DNA of 64,000 nucleotides from NCBI RefSeq assembly GCF_009914755.1, contig NC_060936.1, one strand, 5' to 3'. The first letter of the stretch is position 1, and each line of letters begins with the position of its first letter. The translations under genes were made by a program, and so were the position numbers. This document shows positions 1 to 15,930 of this stretch, piece after piece. A model generated the notes under the pieces. That model did not search any database. It had not been told where the DNA came from and saw nothing but the letters and a program-made list of their open reading frames with translations. This stretch comes from the human T2T-CHM13v2.0 reference genome, Homo sapiens.

Positions 1-514
1 TAAGATAAAAGTTTAAAATCGAAAAATAATGTTTTGACTCCCAGTAACCTAGCCTGAGCTTTTTCCTAGAGAAGACTTCATCTTTGTTAACTCTTATTAG
101 ACAAAGATATGGAAAAGTTATAGGAGGGATTAAACATTATTAATCCTGTATGTAGAGCGATTTGTCAATTCAGGTTCTGTATGTTTTTTAACAAATGACA
201 AAGATATATTAATTTTTATGTTGTTAAGCTCTGGGCAGATTTAGTGTGAGTTACTGAGGGTTAGAACTCTATCTGAGAGAGGCAAAAGGCTTTAGATGAA
301 GTTCCATAGGCAGAAAGATGGTGTTTTGTTGTTGTTTATTTCCAGAAAAACAAAATTGCCTCATAGAAATTATCTGCTCCAACAAATATCCTCAGCCACA
401 CTGCCTTTTGCTATTGAGGAAACCAAACTGTCATCATTGGCAGGAACAAATTACACAGATCCCCTACCACCATACTGCTATATCATTCTTCTTTTTAAAA
501 AGTAATAAGATTGG

Positions 515-1020
515 CATTCTACTATAAAGATACATGCACACATATGTTTATTGCAGCACTATTTGCAATAGCAAAGACTTGGAACCAACCCAAATGACCA
601 CCAATCATAGACTGGATAAAGAAAATGTGGCACATGTGTACCATGGAATACTATGCAGCCATAAAAAAGAATGAGTTTATGTCCTTTGCAGGGACATGGA
701 TGAAGCTGGAAACCATCATTCTCAGCAAACTAACACAGGAACAGAAAACCAAACACTGCATGTTCCCACTCATAAGTGGGAGTTGAACAATGAGAACACA
801 TGGACACAGGGAGGGGAACATCACACACCGGGGACTGTTGAGGGGTGGGAAGCAAGGGGAGGAAGAACATTAGGACAAATACCTAATGCATTCAGGGGTT
901 AAAACCTAGATGACAGTTTGATAGGTGCAGCAAACCACCATGGCACATGTATATGTATGTAACAAACATGCACATTCTGCACATGTATCCCAGAACTTAA
1001 AGTAAAATTTTAAAAAGAAG
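515..1020 (+). mobile_element. LINE-1 3' end, 5'-truncated (L1PA7/8-like)
   Basis: ORF2 C-terminal and 3' UTR motifs (gacttggaaccaacccaaatg, catggaatactatgcagccataaaaaag, ...cagaacttaaagtaaaa) with A-rich end. Confidence 0.9.
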
Positions 1021-1122
1021 CAATAATATTGAATAAATTTGATTGACATACATTGTGTTTCATCTATAAAGACATATCAGAAAACTCATATATGATTACA
1101 ACTTTTTTTCTTTTTTTTCTAG

Positions 1123-1318
1123 GAGTCATAACCATACCTATTTTTGCAAGTGGAATGTTTTTAGGAGGATATATCATTAAAAAATTCAAACTGAACACCG
1201 TTGGAATTGCCAAATTCTCATGTTTTACTGCTGTGATGTCATTGTCCTTTTACCTATTATATTTTTTCATACTCTGTGAAAACAAATCAGTTGCCGGACT
1301 AACCATGACCTATGATGG
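1123..1318 (+). CDS. SLCO1B1: SLCO1B1 exon 10 (196 bp, c.1136-1331): GVITIPIFASGMFLGG...VAGLTMTYDG, transmembrane region
   Basis: Polypyrimidine tract and AG at 1121-1122, GT at 1319; translation matches OATP1B1; phase 2 end joins exon 11 (GG|A = Gly). Confidence 0.97.
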
Positions 1319-1535
1319 GTTTGTATATATCACTATATCAATTGCATAATATGTTAACCATCAAATTAAGAGTCTCTGTATAAGTAATATAAGGCAGAAA
1401 ACAATTTTAACTAAACTTTCTTTAAGTTAAGAGAAATTTCAATTTTAAAATTTTTAAAATATCTGTTTCTTAAGACCTCAAACACATTCTTTTATTCCTC
1501 CACTAAAGAGAAGCAACATAGGTTGTAATAATAAT

Positions 1536-1710
1536 AACTATTATTTATGTGGTACTTACAATTAGTAGTGGGTACTTTTATCATTATTTTATGAATGGGA
1601 AAAGTAAGGCTTAGAGAAATACATGGATTACACAGCTAGCATTATTAAGATTCTAACTCAAATTTGAGTTTTTTAAGTCCAAAACTCTTAGTCTTAACCA
1701 CCACTGTAAT
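1536..1710 (-). mobile_element. MIR SINE fragment
   Basis: Degenerate MIR core (attttatgaatgggaaaagtaaggcttagaga...cacagctag...cttaaccaccactg). Confidence 0.55.
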
Positions 1711-2794
1711 CTTGGATGGATCATAAGAGTTACATAAATGGCATTAGCCAAAAGTGACTAAACAACTTTTATCTACAGTTCATATCGATGTTCAACAACT
1801 ATCTTAACAAAAGAACACTTTTAATGTTGTACTGAATTTTCTTTTTTGCAAGCTAATATTGTTTTTTTCTGATATTATCTACATTGGAAGTAGCATTAAG
1901 AAATATTCTATATATAATTGCATATTAGACATTGAAGAATCTTTACTTTTCCATGATTACCATGTATAGCAAAGTATTTTTAGTGCAACAGTCTCCACCT
2001 CAAATCAAGGGCAAGAATCCTATGCAGTTTTCTGATAATTTCCTGAATATAGCCAACAATTTAAGCTTAGGAAGGTTCACATTCAAGCAACAAGCAGAGA
2101 TGCTCAGATCACAATTCAGTAACCATGTTCTTTAGTGCTGCTTACTACTGGTGCTGAGCTTTCAAAGTCTGGATCCCATGAGGTGTTGGTTTTAACTTGT
2201 CAAATATTCCCACATTTTCTTCTATAAACATTGTGCTATTCTTGGAGGCTTGCCAAGGTTATCTGAAATTGTTTCCCTGCACACTGCTAATTCTGAACTG
2301 TTATTGGTATCTCCTATCCACCATCAACTACTGTAGTAAATTAAAATACATTGTCCTAGAATACTGAATTTTAGAGGTAAAAGAACCTTAGAGATGATGC
2401 AATCCAACCCTTGTATTATACTTTCCTTTATTATTGAAGAGTCAGAAAAAATGTAACATGTTGAAGTCACACAATGTCTTTAGACTCTAGACTGATCCTA
2501 TGTCACACCCTTAGTTCAAAAGCCTTCTTGGTTGTAAGGACAGGCCAGTTTCTTGACAACAAGGTTAGTCACTGTACAAAGTATACAAAAGATGGCAGCA
2601 GAGTTAAACAGAATTTGTTTCATTTAATAAAATTTTATTAAGCCTTTCCTTAAAGGTAAATATTAAGGATATTTGTAGGATACATCAGTTCCCTCATGGG
2701 ACTCATAATCTAATGATAAATAATATAATTAATGGATTCAACATTCATAAAATCCTGCGACTGGGATAAGTTTTTTTTTAAGTATGAATTATTG

Positions 2795-3140
2795 CAGAGG
2801 TCTCGGAATGTGTTCTGAATATCTCTAAGGATCCCTGAGACTTTATCAAGGGGTGCACAACTTCAAAACTATTTTTATAATAATACTAAGACATTATTTG
2901 CCTTTTTATTCTCATGCTATCCTGACAGTATAGTGATATTTTCTAATGCTCCAAGGTATGTTATTAATTCATTAATCTGACTGCTAAAATATGTGTGCTT
3001 ATGTACTTTTGTGTATTAAAATTTTCTTAGTATTACTTTCTAATATAGTACATGTCAAGAGGTACAACTTAATTTAACAAAATCCCTTTGGAACAAGCCC
3101 TCAATCTTTTATAAGAGTGTGAAGGACTTCTGAGAACCAA
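2795..3140. mobile_element. Probable hAT-type DNA transposon fossil (family uncertain)
   Basis: Motif caaaactatttttataataatactaagacattatttgcc resembles MER-type DNA element consensus from memory. Confidence 0.4.
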
Positions 3141-3281
3141 TTTTTTTTCCAAAAAAAAAAAAAACCCTGTGAGGTTGGCATTATTATCTATGACTTACAA
3201 ATGGCAAAACTGATTTTAGAAAGAAGTGCCAGAATTAATATAAACACAGATGTGACTGATTGCAATATCTGGACTGGGTCA

Positions 3282-3611
3282 TTGTCTTAGTCCATTCAGG
3301 CTGCAAAGTTCTAGGTAGCTTATTAATACACAGAAATTAATTTTTCAAGATTCTAAAGGCTGGAACATGTAAGACCAAGGTGATGGCACTTTTGGTGTCT
3401 AGGAAGGGCCCATTTCTTAATTTATAGACGGTACCTTCTCATTGTGTCCAGGCATGGTGGATGGGGCAGGCAAAGGGTCAGTAATTCCATTCATGAGTAC
3501 TCATCCTCATGACCTTATCACTTTCTAGAGGCCTGACTTCATAAAGTCTTCATATACGAGATTAGTTTTCAATCTATGAATTTGGGGGCCACAAACATTC
3601 TGACTATAGTA
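3282..3611. mobile_element. MaLR solo LTR (MST/MLT1A-like)
   Basis: Begins tgtcttagtccattcaggctgc and ends tttgggggccacaaacattctgactatagta, typical MaLR termini. Confidence 0.8.
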
Positions 3612-4499
3612 GTCATAAACCATTCTACTTAACCACTCCAAGTAGTATTTCCTCAAGCAGAATATGCTTTTTAATAAAATTATTGATAATGTAGTTTCTG
3701 AAGTATGAATCTTAGTTTTTCATTTAAATTATGTGCTCATTCAAAGATAACACATCAATCCTCAATTATTATCAAATTAAACATTTGAAAGAAAATAATT
3801 TTTTAAATGTTTAAGCAGAAATGAATTATACAAAAAATATATTTTATAATTTTAGCTATGTTATAATCATATTTTATAATTTATAACCATTTCATAAAGG
3901 AAATCAGTATAAAGTATACTATAGTTTTATTTCAAAAATATACTGAGCTTTTCTAGCCTTTTTCAACTGATTCTATTCTTGATTTTTCATTTTGTAGAGG
4001 TTCTGCTTTAAGCATGTCTGTTTTTTTCTTACATATTAAAATAGAGATTTTTAAATTCAACCTAGTTAAATAGCATTCGTAGACTCACAAGACTTTACAG
4101 TGAGCTGAAAGGAATGTCAGTCTAATGTCATCACCTTACTGAAGAGAAACTCAGTCTCAGAAAAAAGATGTAACTTATCTAATGTGAAGTTTCTTCATAG
4201 AATTATAACAACTTCTTGTCTAAGTCCTACTTAACATCTTTGGTTTATTTTTACATTTTGCTTTTTCTAGGTCACAAGTCATGTATTGGCAAAGATGGAG
4301 AGCGTAAAATAAATAAGCATTAAAAAAAACTTTGCCATTTCGTCATCATCAAAGCAAATTTCTTCATATAAAGAAAAATTCTTTATCTACTTTTTTTCCC
4401 TCTTTCTCTGCTTTCACTTTACTTCTTCCTTCTCCTCCCCTTCTTTGTCTTTTTCTTCTCTCTCTCTCTTTTTGATATATGTCTATCATATATTTCCAG

Positions 4500-4665
4500 A
4501 AATAATCCAGTGACATCTCATAGAGATGTACCACTTTCTTATTGCAACTCAGACTGCAATTGTGATGAAAGTCAATGGGAACCAGTCTGTGGAAACAATG
4601 GAATAACTTACATCTCACCCTGTCTAGCAGGTTGCAAATCTTCAAGTGGCAATAAAAAGCCTATA
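4500..4665 (+). CDS. SLCO1B1: SLCO1B1 exon 11 (166 bp, c.1332-1497): NNPVTSHRDVPLSYCNSDCNC...CKSSSGNKKPI, Cys-rich Kazal-like extracellular loop 5
   Basis: AG at 4498-4499, donor ATA|gtgagt at 4666; WEPVCGNNGITYISPCLAGC OATP motif; Asp462 and Gly488 codons are the usual alleles. Confidence 0.98.
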
Positions 4666-5764
4666 GTGAGTATTAGTTTTTACTTTCCTCTCCTTATTCA
4701 AAAGCACAGATTAGATTGAACAATTTTTTACCAAATATTTCTGTAACTAAGGACTCCATTAAAAAGATAAAAGAGAAAGTTTCCAGTATTATCTGTTATT
4801 GTGATGGGTGTGATGTATAAACAAAGTTTTATATAAAAGTCTGCTTAGGGCACAATCAGGTTTTTCTGTTACTTGAATTCTAATTGGAGATCACCCCACT
4901 TTTTTCCTTTGAGATTGTAAGACTATGACCTTTTAGAATTTGAATGCATTTAGAATATCTAAGAAGCACCTCATTTGACTAAAGCCTATAATTTTCATTA
5001 AGTTGGAATTACTTTATCCCTCAGAATTCAGGAAAATGAGTTAACCCATTGTCAGCACTTCCTATCTTACTAAGACAACAGTCAATATGCAATGTTATAT
5101 ACAGATTCTGATCTGTTTAGCTCTGGGATCACTACCCTTTTTACTTTTTAAGAAATTAATCAAGGCTTCATGCTCACTTGACTGCCCTATTCTTGATTTT
5201 CTATTTTGATTTTTCCAAAGCTGGCACTTCTACCCAAGATAATGTAGTATCCTGCTCACCTAATGTCAATATGTCCCATAGAAATGTCATTTATTCCGTC
5301 CTGCAAAACCTTTCTTTCCATGTGAACTACAGTTTTTCTCTAATCTCCTGGGTAGCTACCTGTCACTGGGAATGGGTTATGGTGTTTCCCATACCTACAA
5401 TCCACTCAACATCTCACAAAGTTGTGTAATGTTTTCCTAGGAACTTTTACTATTACCAACATTACTAAAACAGTCAACTATAATTATTGCTCTCTGCCAC
5501 ACCCTTCTGTGTTTGATTTTTAAACATTCTCCATCTACTCTTGCCCATGGATCTACCTACCAATTATAATAAGGAATGGCATGTAGAATTTTAAAGAATA
5601 AAGCATCCTGGACTTTTTGAAGAAAGGCCACAACTTTAATAAACTTGCACAAATATGGCCCAAAGACTACTTAAAAGCCCACATCTTAGTCATGGCAACA
5701 ATGAATCTTTTGTGCAGTTGTTTCCTTTTCCTTTGCTGTTTATTTTTATTTTGCTGTTTTTTAA

Positions 5765-7674
5765 AAAAATAATTTAACTCTTATTTTAGGTAAAGGGGAT
5801 ACAAATGAATTTGTGTTAGATGGGTATATTGTGATAAGCTAAAGTTTAGGGTACAATCATTCCCATCCCCCAGGTAGTGAGCATAATACCCAATAAGTGG
5901 CTTTTTAGTACTTGCTGTTTTTTATCTCTCCACTCTAGTAGTCTGTAATATGTATTTTTCCTGTCCTTATATTCGTGTGGACCCAGTGATTAGCTTCCAC
6001 TTATAAGTGAGAACATGTGGCATCTGGTTTTCTGTTCCTATGTTAATTCACTTAAGATAATGACCTCCAGCTGCATCCAGGTTGCTGCAAGGGACATTAT
6101 TTCATCCTTCTTTTGGCCATGTAGTATTCCATTGTCTATATGTACCACATTTCTTTATCTAATTCACTGTTGACGGGCACCCAGGTTGAGACCGTGTCTT
6201 TGCTATTGTGAATAGAGCTGTGATGACCATAGAAGTATATAAGTAGATGTGTTTTTGGTAGAAGAATTTATTTTCCTTTGGGTATATACCCGGTAGTGGG
6301 ATTGCTGAGTTGAATGGTAGTTCTGTTTAAGTTCTTTGGGAAATCTCGAAACTACTTTACACAGTGACTGAACTAATTTACATTCCTACCAACATAGGAT
6401 AAGCATTCCCTTTCTTCTGCAGCCTTGCCAGCGTCTGTTTTTTTAATGTTTTGAACCAGTCAGCCCTTCTGACTGGTGTGAGATGGTATCTCCTTGGGAT
6501 TTTGATTTGCATTTTTTTGATGATTAGTGATGTTAAACATTTTTATGTGTTTGTTAGCTGCTTGTATGTCTTCTTTTGAGAAGTGTCTGTTCATGTCCTT
6601 TGTCTACTTTTTAATATTGTTTTTGTTTTTTGCTTGTTGAATTGTTCAAGTTTCTTATAGATTCTGGATATTAGTCCTGTGTTAGATGCATGGTTTGCAA
6701 AGGTTTTCTCCCATTCCATAGATTGTCTTTTCACTCTGTTGATTATTTTTGTTGTGCAGAAGCTCATTAGTTTAATTATATCCCACTTGTCCATTTTTTT
6801 TGTTGCAATTGCTTTTGAGAACTTAGTCACAAATTTTTTGCCAAGGCCAATATCCAGAATCTTTTCTTGGTTTTCTTCAGTGGTTTTTATAGTTTTAGGT
6901 TTTACATTTCCGTCTGTAATACATTTTGATTAAATTTTTTATATGAAAAGAAGGGGTCCAGTTTCATTTCTCTGCATAGTTAGCCAGTTATTCCAGCACC
7001 ATTTACTGAATAATGAGTACTTTCCCCATTGCATTCTTTTTGCTAACTTCATTGAAGATCAGATGGTTTTAGGTGTGTGGCTTTGCTTCTGGGTTCTCTA
7101 TTCTGTTCCTTTAGTCTAGGTGTCTGTTTTTGAACCAGTACTATGCTGTTTGGTTACTGTGGCCTTGCAGTATAGTTTGATATCAGGTAATGGGATGCCT
7201 CTCACTTTGTTCTTTATGCTTAGGATTGCTTTGACTATTCAGTCTCTTTTTTCCTATTGAATTTTACAATAGTTTTATTCTAATGCAGTGAAAAATCATG
7301 CCGGTTGTTTGATAAGAATACCATTGAATCTGTAGATTGCTTTGGGCAGTATAGACAGTTTAATGATAATTTTTCTACCAATCCATGAGAGTAGAATGTT
7401 TTTCCACTTGTTTGTGTCACCTATAATTTCTTTCATCAGGGTTTGTATTTATCCTAGTAGAGATCTTTCACTTCCTTGGTTTAAATGTATTCCTAGGTAT
7501 TTAATTTATTGTAGTTATTCTAAATGGAATTGCATTATTGATTTGGGTATCAGTTTAACTGTTATCGGTGTATAGAAATGCTACTAATTTTTTTCCATTG
7601 ATTTTGTATTCTGAAACTTTATTAGAGTATGTTGTCAGTTCTAGGAGGCTTTTGGCAGAGTATTTAGGGTTTTT
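5765..7674 (-). mobile_element. Older LINE-1 (L1PA15/16- or L1PB-like), 3' part; host of the young L1
   Basis: Degenerate 3' UTR and ORF2 (ORF 6591-6830 [17 protein letters not shown]); sequence continues after the nested L1 at 13720. Confidence 0.88.
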
Positions 7675-7907
7675 TTTTAATTAATTAATTTATTTATTTT
7701 TAATTATACTTTAAGTTTTAGGGTACATGTGCACATTGTGCAGGTTAGTTACATATGTATACATGTGCCATGCTGGTGCACTGAACCCACTAACTCGTCA
7801 TCTAGCATTAGGTATATCTCCCAATGCTATCCCTCCCCCCTCCTCCCACCCCACAACAGTCCCCAGAGTGTGATATTCCCCTTCCTGTGTCCATGTGATC
7901 TCATTGT

Positions 7908-11749
<3,842 letters not shown>

Positions 11750-11794
11750 TTATTTTGCTCTTTAGTTGATGCAGTTTCTTCCTAGTCTCGATGG

Positions 11795-12811
11795 TCTTTA
11801 CATTTTGCCATGATTTTGCAGTGGCTGGTACCAGTTGTTCCTTTCCATGTTTAGCGCTTCCTTCAGGAGCTCTTGTAGGGCAGGCCTGGTGGTGACAGAA
11901 TCTCTCAGCATTTGCTTGTCTGTAAAGTATTTTATTTCTCCTTCGCTTATGAAGCTTAGTTTGGCTGGATATGAAATTCTGGGTTGAAAATTCTTGTCTT
12001 TAAGAATGTTGAATATTGGCCCCCACTCTCTTCTGGCTTATAGGGTTTCTGCCGAGAGATCCGCTGTTAGTCTGATGGGCTTCCCTTTGAGGGTAACCCG
12101 ACCTTTCTCTCTGGCTGCCCTTAACATTTTTTCCTTCATTTCAACTTTGGTGAATCTGACAATTATGTGTCTTGGAGTTGCTCTTCTCGAGGAGTATCTT
12201 TGTGGCATTCTCTGTATTTCCTGAATCTGAACGTTGGCCTGCCTTGCTAGATTGGGGAAGTTCTCCTGGATAATATCCTGCAGAGTGTTTTCCAACTTGG
12301 TTCCATTCTCCCCATCACTTTCAGGTACACCAATCAGACGTAGATTTGGTCTTTTCACATAGTCCCATATTTCTTGGAGGCTTTGCTCGTTTCTTTTTAT
12401 TCTTTTTTCTCTAAACTTCCCTTCTCACTTCATTTCATTCATTTCATCTTCCATCGCTGATACCCTTTCTTCCAGTTGATCGCATCGGCTCCTGAGGCTT
12501 CTGCATTCTCCACGTAGTTCTCGAGCCTTGGTTTTCAGCTCCATCAGCTCCTTTAAGCACTTCTCTGTATTGGTTATTCTAGTTATACATTCTTCTAAAT
12601 TTTTTTCAAAGTTTTCAACTTCTTTGCCTTTGGTTTGAATGTCCTCCTGTAGCTCAGAGTAATTTGATCGTCTGAAGCCTTCTCTCAGCTCGTCAAAGTC
12701 ATTCTCCATCCAGCTTTGTTCCATTGCTGGTGAGGAACTGCGTTCCTTTGGAGGAGGAGAGGTGCTCTGCTTTCTATAGTTTCCAGTTTTTCTGTTCTGT
12801 TTTTTCCCCAT
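11795..12811 (-). pseudogene. L1 ORF1p, disrupted
   Basis: MGKKQNRKTG...EMNEMK then TGA (CGA>TGA); second stop after ADLSAETL; left end approximate. Confidence 0.93.
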
Positions 12812-13715
12812 CTTTGTGGTTTTATGTACTTTTGGTCTTTGATGATGGTGATGTACAGATGGGTTTTCGGTGTGGATGTCGTTTCTGTTTGTTAGTTTTC
12901 CTTCTAACAGACAGGACCCTCAGCTGCAGGTCTGTTGGAATACCCTGCCGTGTGAGGTGTCAGTGTGCCCCTGCTGGGGCGTGCCTCCCAGTTAGGCTGC
13001 TCAGGGGTCAGGGGTCAGGGACCCACTTGAGGAGGCAGTCTGCCCGTTCTCAGATCTCCAGCTGCGTGCTGGGAGACCCACTGCTCTCTTCAAAGCTGTC
13101 AGACAGGGACATTTAAGTCTGCAGAGGTTACTGCTGTCTTTTTGTTTGTCTGTGCCCTGCCCCCAGAGGTGGAGCCTACAGAGGCAGGCAGGCCTCCTTG
13201 AGCTGTGGTGGGCTCCGCCCACTTCGAGCTTCCAGGCTGCTTTGTTTACCTAATCAAGCCTGGGCAATGGCGGGCGCCCCTCCCCCAGCCTCGCTGCCGC
13301 CTTGCAGTTTGATCTCAGACTGCTGTACTAGCAATCAGCGAGACTCCATGGGCGTAGGACCCTCCAAGACAGGTGCGGGATGTAATCTCGTGGTGCGCCG
13401 TTTTTTAAGCCCCTCGGAAAAGCGCAGTATTCGGGTGGGAGTGACCCGATTTTCCAGGTGCTGTCCGTCACCCCTTTCTTTGACTGGGAAAGGGAACTCC
13501 CTGACCCCTTGCGCTTCCCAAGTGAGGCAATGCCTCGCCCTGCTTCGGCTCACGCACGGTGCGCGCACCCACTGACCTGCGCCCACTGTCTGGCACTCCC
13601 TAGTGAGATGAACCCGGTACCTCAGATGGAAATGCAGAAATCACCCGTCTTCTGCGTCGCTCACGCTGGGAGCTGTAGACCGGAGCTGTTCCTATTCGGC
13701 CATCTTGGTTCCTCC
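12812..13715. promoter_or_regulatory. L1 5' UTR CpG-rich bidirectional promoter (sense promoter on -, antisense promoter on +) with intact YY1 site
   Basis: CpG-rich 13250-13715; cggccatcttg at 13697-13707 is CAAGATGGCCG on the - strand. Confidence 0.85.
13267..13575 (+). CDS. L1 ORF0 (antisense ORF in the 5' UTR), 102-aa extended form; translation hypothetical
   Basis: MAGAPPPASLPPCSLISDCC...RVGVTRFSRC matches primate ORF0; ATG in strong context (gcaATGg); splice donors after nt 106 and 191 retained. Confidence 0.7.
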   Translation: MAGAPPPASLPPCSLISDCCTSNQRDSMGVGPSKTGAGCNLVVRRFLSPSEKRSIRVGVTRFSRCCPSPLSLTGKGNSLTPCASQVRQCLALLRLTHGARTH

Positions 13716-13719
13716 AACC

Positions 13720-14560
13720 AGGGTTTTTGAGATATAGAATCATATCATAGTGCAGAGAGATAATGTGAGTTCATTTCCTATTTGTCAGTGTTTTATTTCT
13801 GTCTCTTTCCTGATTGATCTGTCTAGGATTTCCAGTACTATGTTGAATAGGAGTGGTGAGAGTGGGCATTCATGCTTTGCTCCTGTTCTTAAGAAGAATG
13901 CTTCCAGCTTTTGCACATTATATATGAAGTTGGCTGTGGTTTTATCATAGATGGCTCTTATTATTTTGAGCTATGTTCCTTCAATGCCCAGTTTGTTGAA
14001 GAACTTTATCATAAAAGGATGGTGGATTTTATTGAAAGCTTTTTCTGCATCTGTTGAAATGCTCATATACTGTTTATCCTAAATTCCATTTATGTAGTGA
14101 ATCACATTTATTGATTGTGTATACTGGACCATCCTTACATCTCAAAAATAAAGCCTACTTGGTCATGATGAATTCACTTTTTGATGTGCTGCTGGATTCA
14201 GTTTGCTAGTGTTTTGTTGAGGAATTTTGCACCTATATGCATCTATATTCATCTATATTCACCAGGGATATTGGCCTGTTGGTTTGTTTTTGATGTTGTT
14301 GTTGTTTTTGTGTCTTGCTATATTTTGGTACCAGGATGATTCTGGCTTCAAAAAAATCAGTTAAGAAAGAGTCCTTCTTTCTCAATTTTTCAGAATAATT
14401 TAGTACAGTGGGTACCCACTCTTTTTTGTATTTCCAGTAGAATTTGGCTATGAATGCATTTGGTCTAGGGCTTTTATTGATAGGCAGGTTATTTCAGTAC
14501 TGATTCAAATTTGGAACTCTATATTAGTGTTCAGGGTTTCAATTACTCTTTGTTCGTCTT
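13720..14560 (-). mobile_element. Older LINE-1 ORF2 fragment (continuation of the 5765-7674 host)
   Basis: Joining across the TSD restores gagtatttagggtttttgagatatagaatcatatc, collinear L1 ORF2. Confidence 0.88.
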
Positions 14561-15745
14561 GGATGGTTGTTGGATGGTTCATTTTGGATGGTTGGATAAG
14601 AATGACCCAGTTAATACATGCTCCCTCTTTGCACACTAGCGAAGGCCTGAAAGTGATAGAATATTAGAACCCTAAAAAGAATTCTGTCTACCACAAGACA
14701 TAATCTTCATTATACTGGCAATGACTATGCCATTTGGGGACTATTGCAAAGTTTTTATTATTTATTTATTTGTGTATTTATTTATTTATTACTAAATCCT
14801 CAATAATGAACCATCACTTCTTAAAATAGTGTTCTTTGTACCAAAGCTTAGTTTTATTGACCAATACACTTGTTCCATAAAAAATTCCTCTATATTATTC
14901 CTAGTGAAAAAAAATAGTAAGAACTGTAAGTTTGGCAGAACTGTAGATGTATAGATTTAAATTCTTCTACAATTCTTCCTTCAATAATTGATCTTTAGCA
15001 TTAATAGATTCAACGTGAGCTTCCCTTAAACTTTAGCCTAGATTTAGAACAGAATTTATTAAAGCCACCTGTCTATATAAACTGTTCAACTGATTAAAAA
15101 TCTGAAATCACTTGTTTCTACATTTTCCACTTCTGTGCTCTAAACACTAGTGGGGCATTCTGTTGTGTTTAACCTCTCTGGTAATAATATCATCTGTCAT
15201 TGTATCCTTGGATTTTGTTTATGCCTGCTAAATTAAAATTTTAGCATCTCTACCTGTCTCTATTTTTCCTGGACTCAGTGCCATTTTCATGGGTGACTCC
15301 AGTTAAATTTTGATTACTCCCAAACTGCTAAATTATCTGAATTCTTTGGATAATTCCTCCTCAGGGCATGTCTCTGAAACTTAGAGATTGTCCAAAAGAG
15401 TATGTGCTCTGCAGAGGGTAAAAGGGAATGGAAAATAATTATTAAAGAGAATCTATAGTGATGAGAAAATTGTATACAGAGTTCTAGGCACTAATTTCTT
15501 TGTTTCTTAGTTTTAAAATTAAGAATGAACTAAATGTCAATCATGAATTACATTGTCTTATATAGAAAGAAATCCACAAAACTATTTTACCTTTTATCTC
15601 TTAAGCAACTGTATTTTTAGAATCTTCTTAAACTGTAAATATATTAGTTTGAACAAGTGAGACTTCACTAATATAATGCAATGTATTTGCAGCACTGTTA
15701 GGTCTTGCAAATTTCTTATGTCATATTTTATACACAACGCTTAAG

Positions 15746-15930
15746 GTGTTTTACAACTGCAGTTGTTTGGAAGTAACTGGTCTCCAGAACAGAAATTACT
15801 CAGCCCATTTGGGTGAATGCCCAAGAGATGATGCTTGTACAAGGAAATTTTACTTTTTTGTTGCAATACAAGTCTTGAATTTATTTTTCTCTGCACTTGG
15901 AGGCACCTCACATGTCATGCTGATTGTTAA
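15746..15930 (+). CDS. SLCO1B1: SLCO1B1 exon 12 (185 bp, c.1498-1682): VFYNCSC...NYSAHLGECPR...SHVMLIVK
   Basis: AG at 15744-15745, donor AA|gtaagt at 15931; N-glycosylation sequons NCS (N503) and NYS (N516); phase 0 start. Confidence 0.97.

Noticed and set aside
4250-4330. Cryptic acceptor (ctttttctag|gtc) upstream of exon 11
   Set aside because: Such motifs are common in AT-rich introns and no convincing partner donor or open frame was seen
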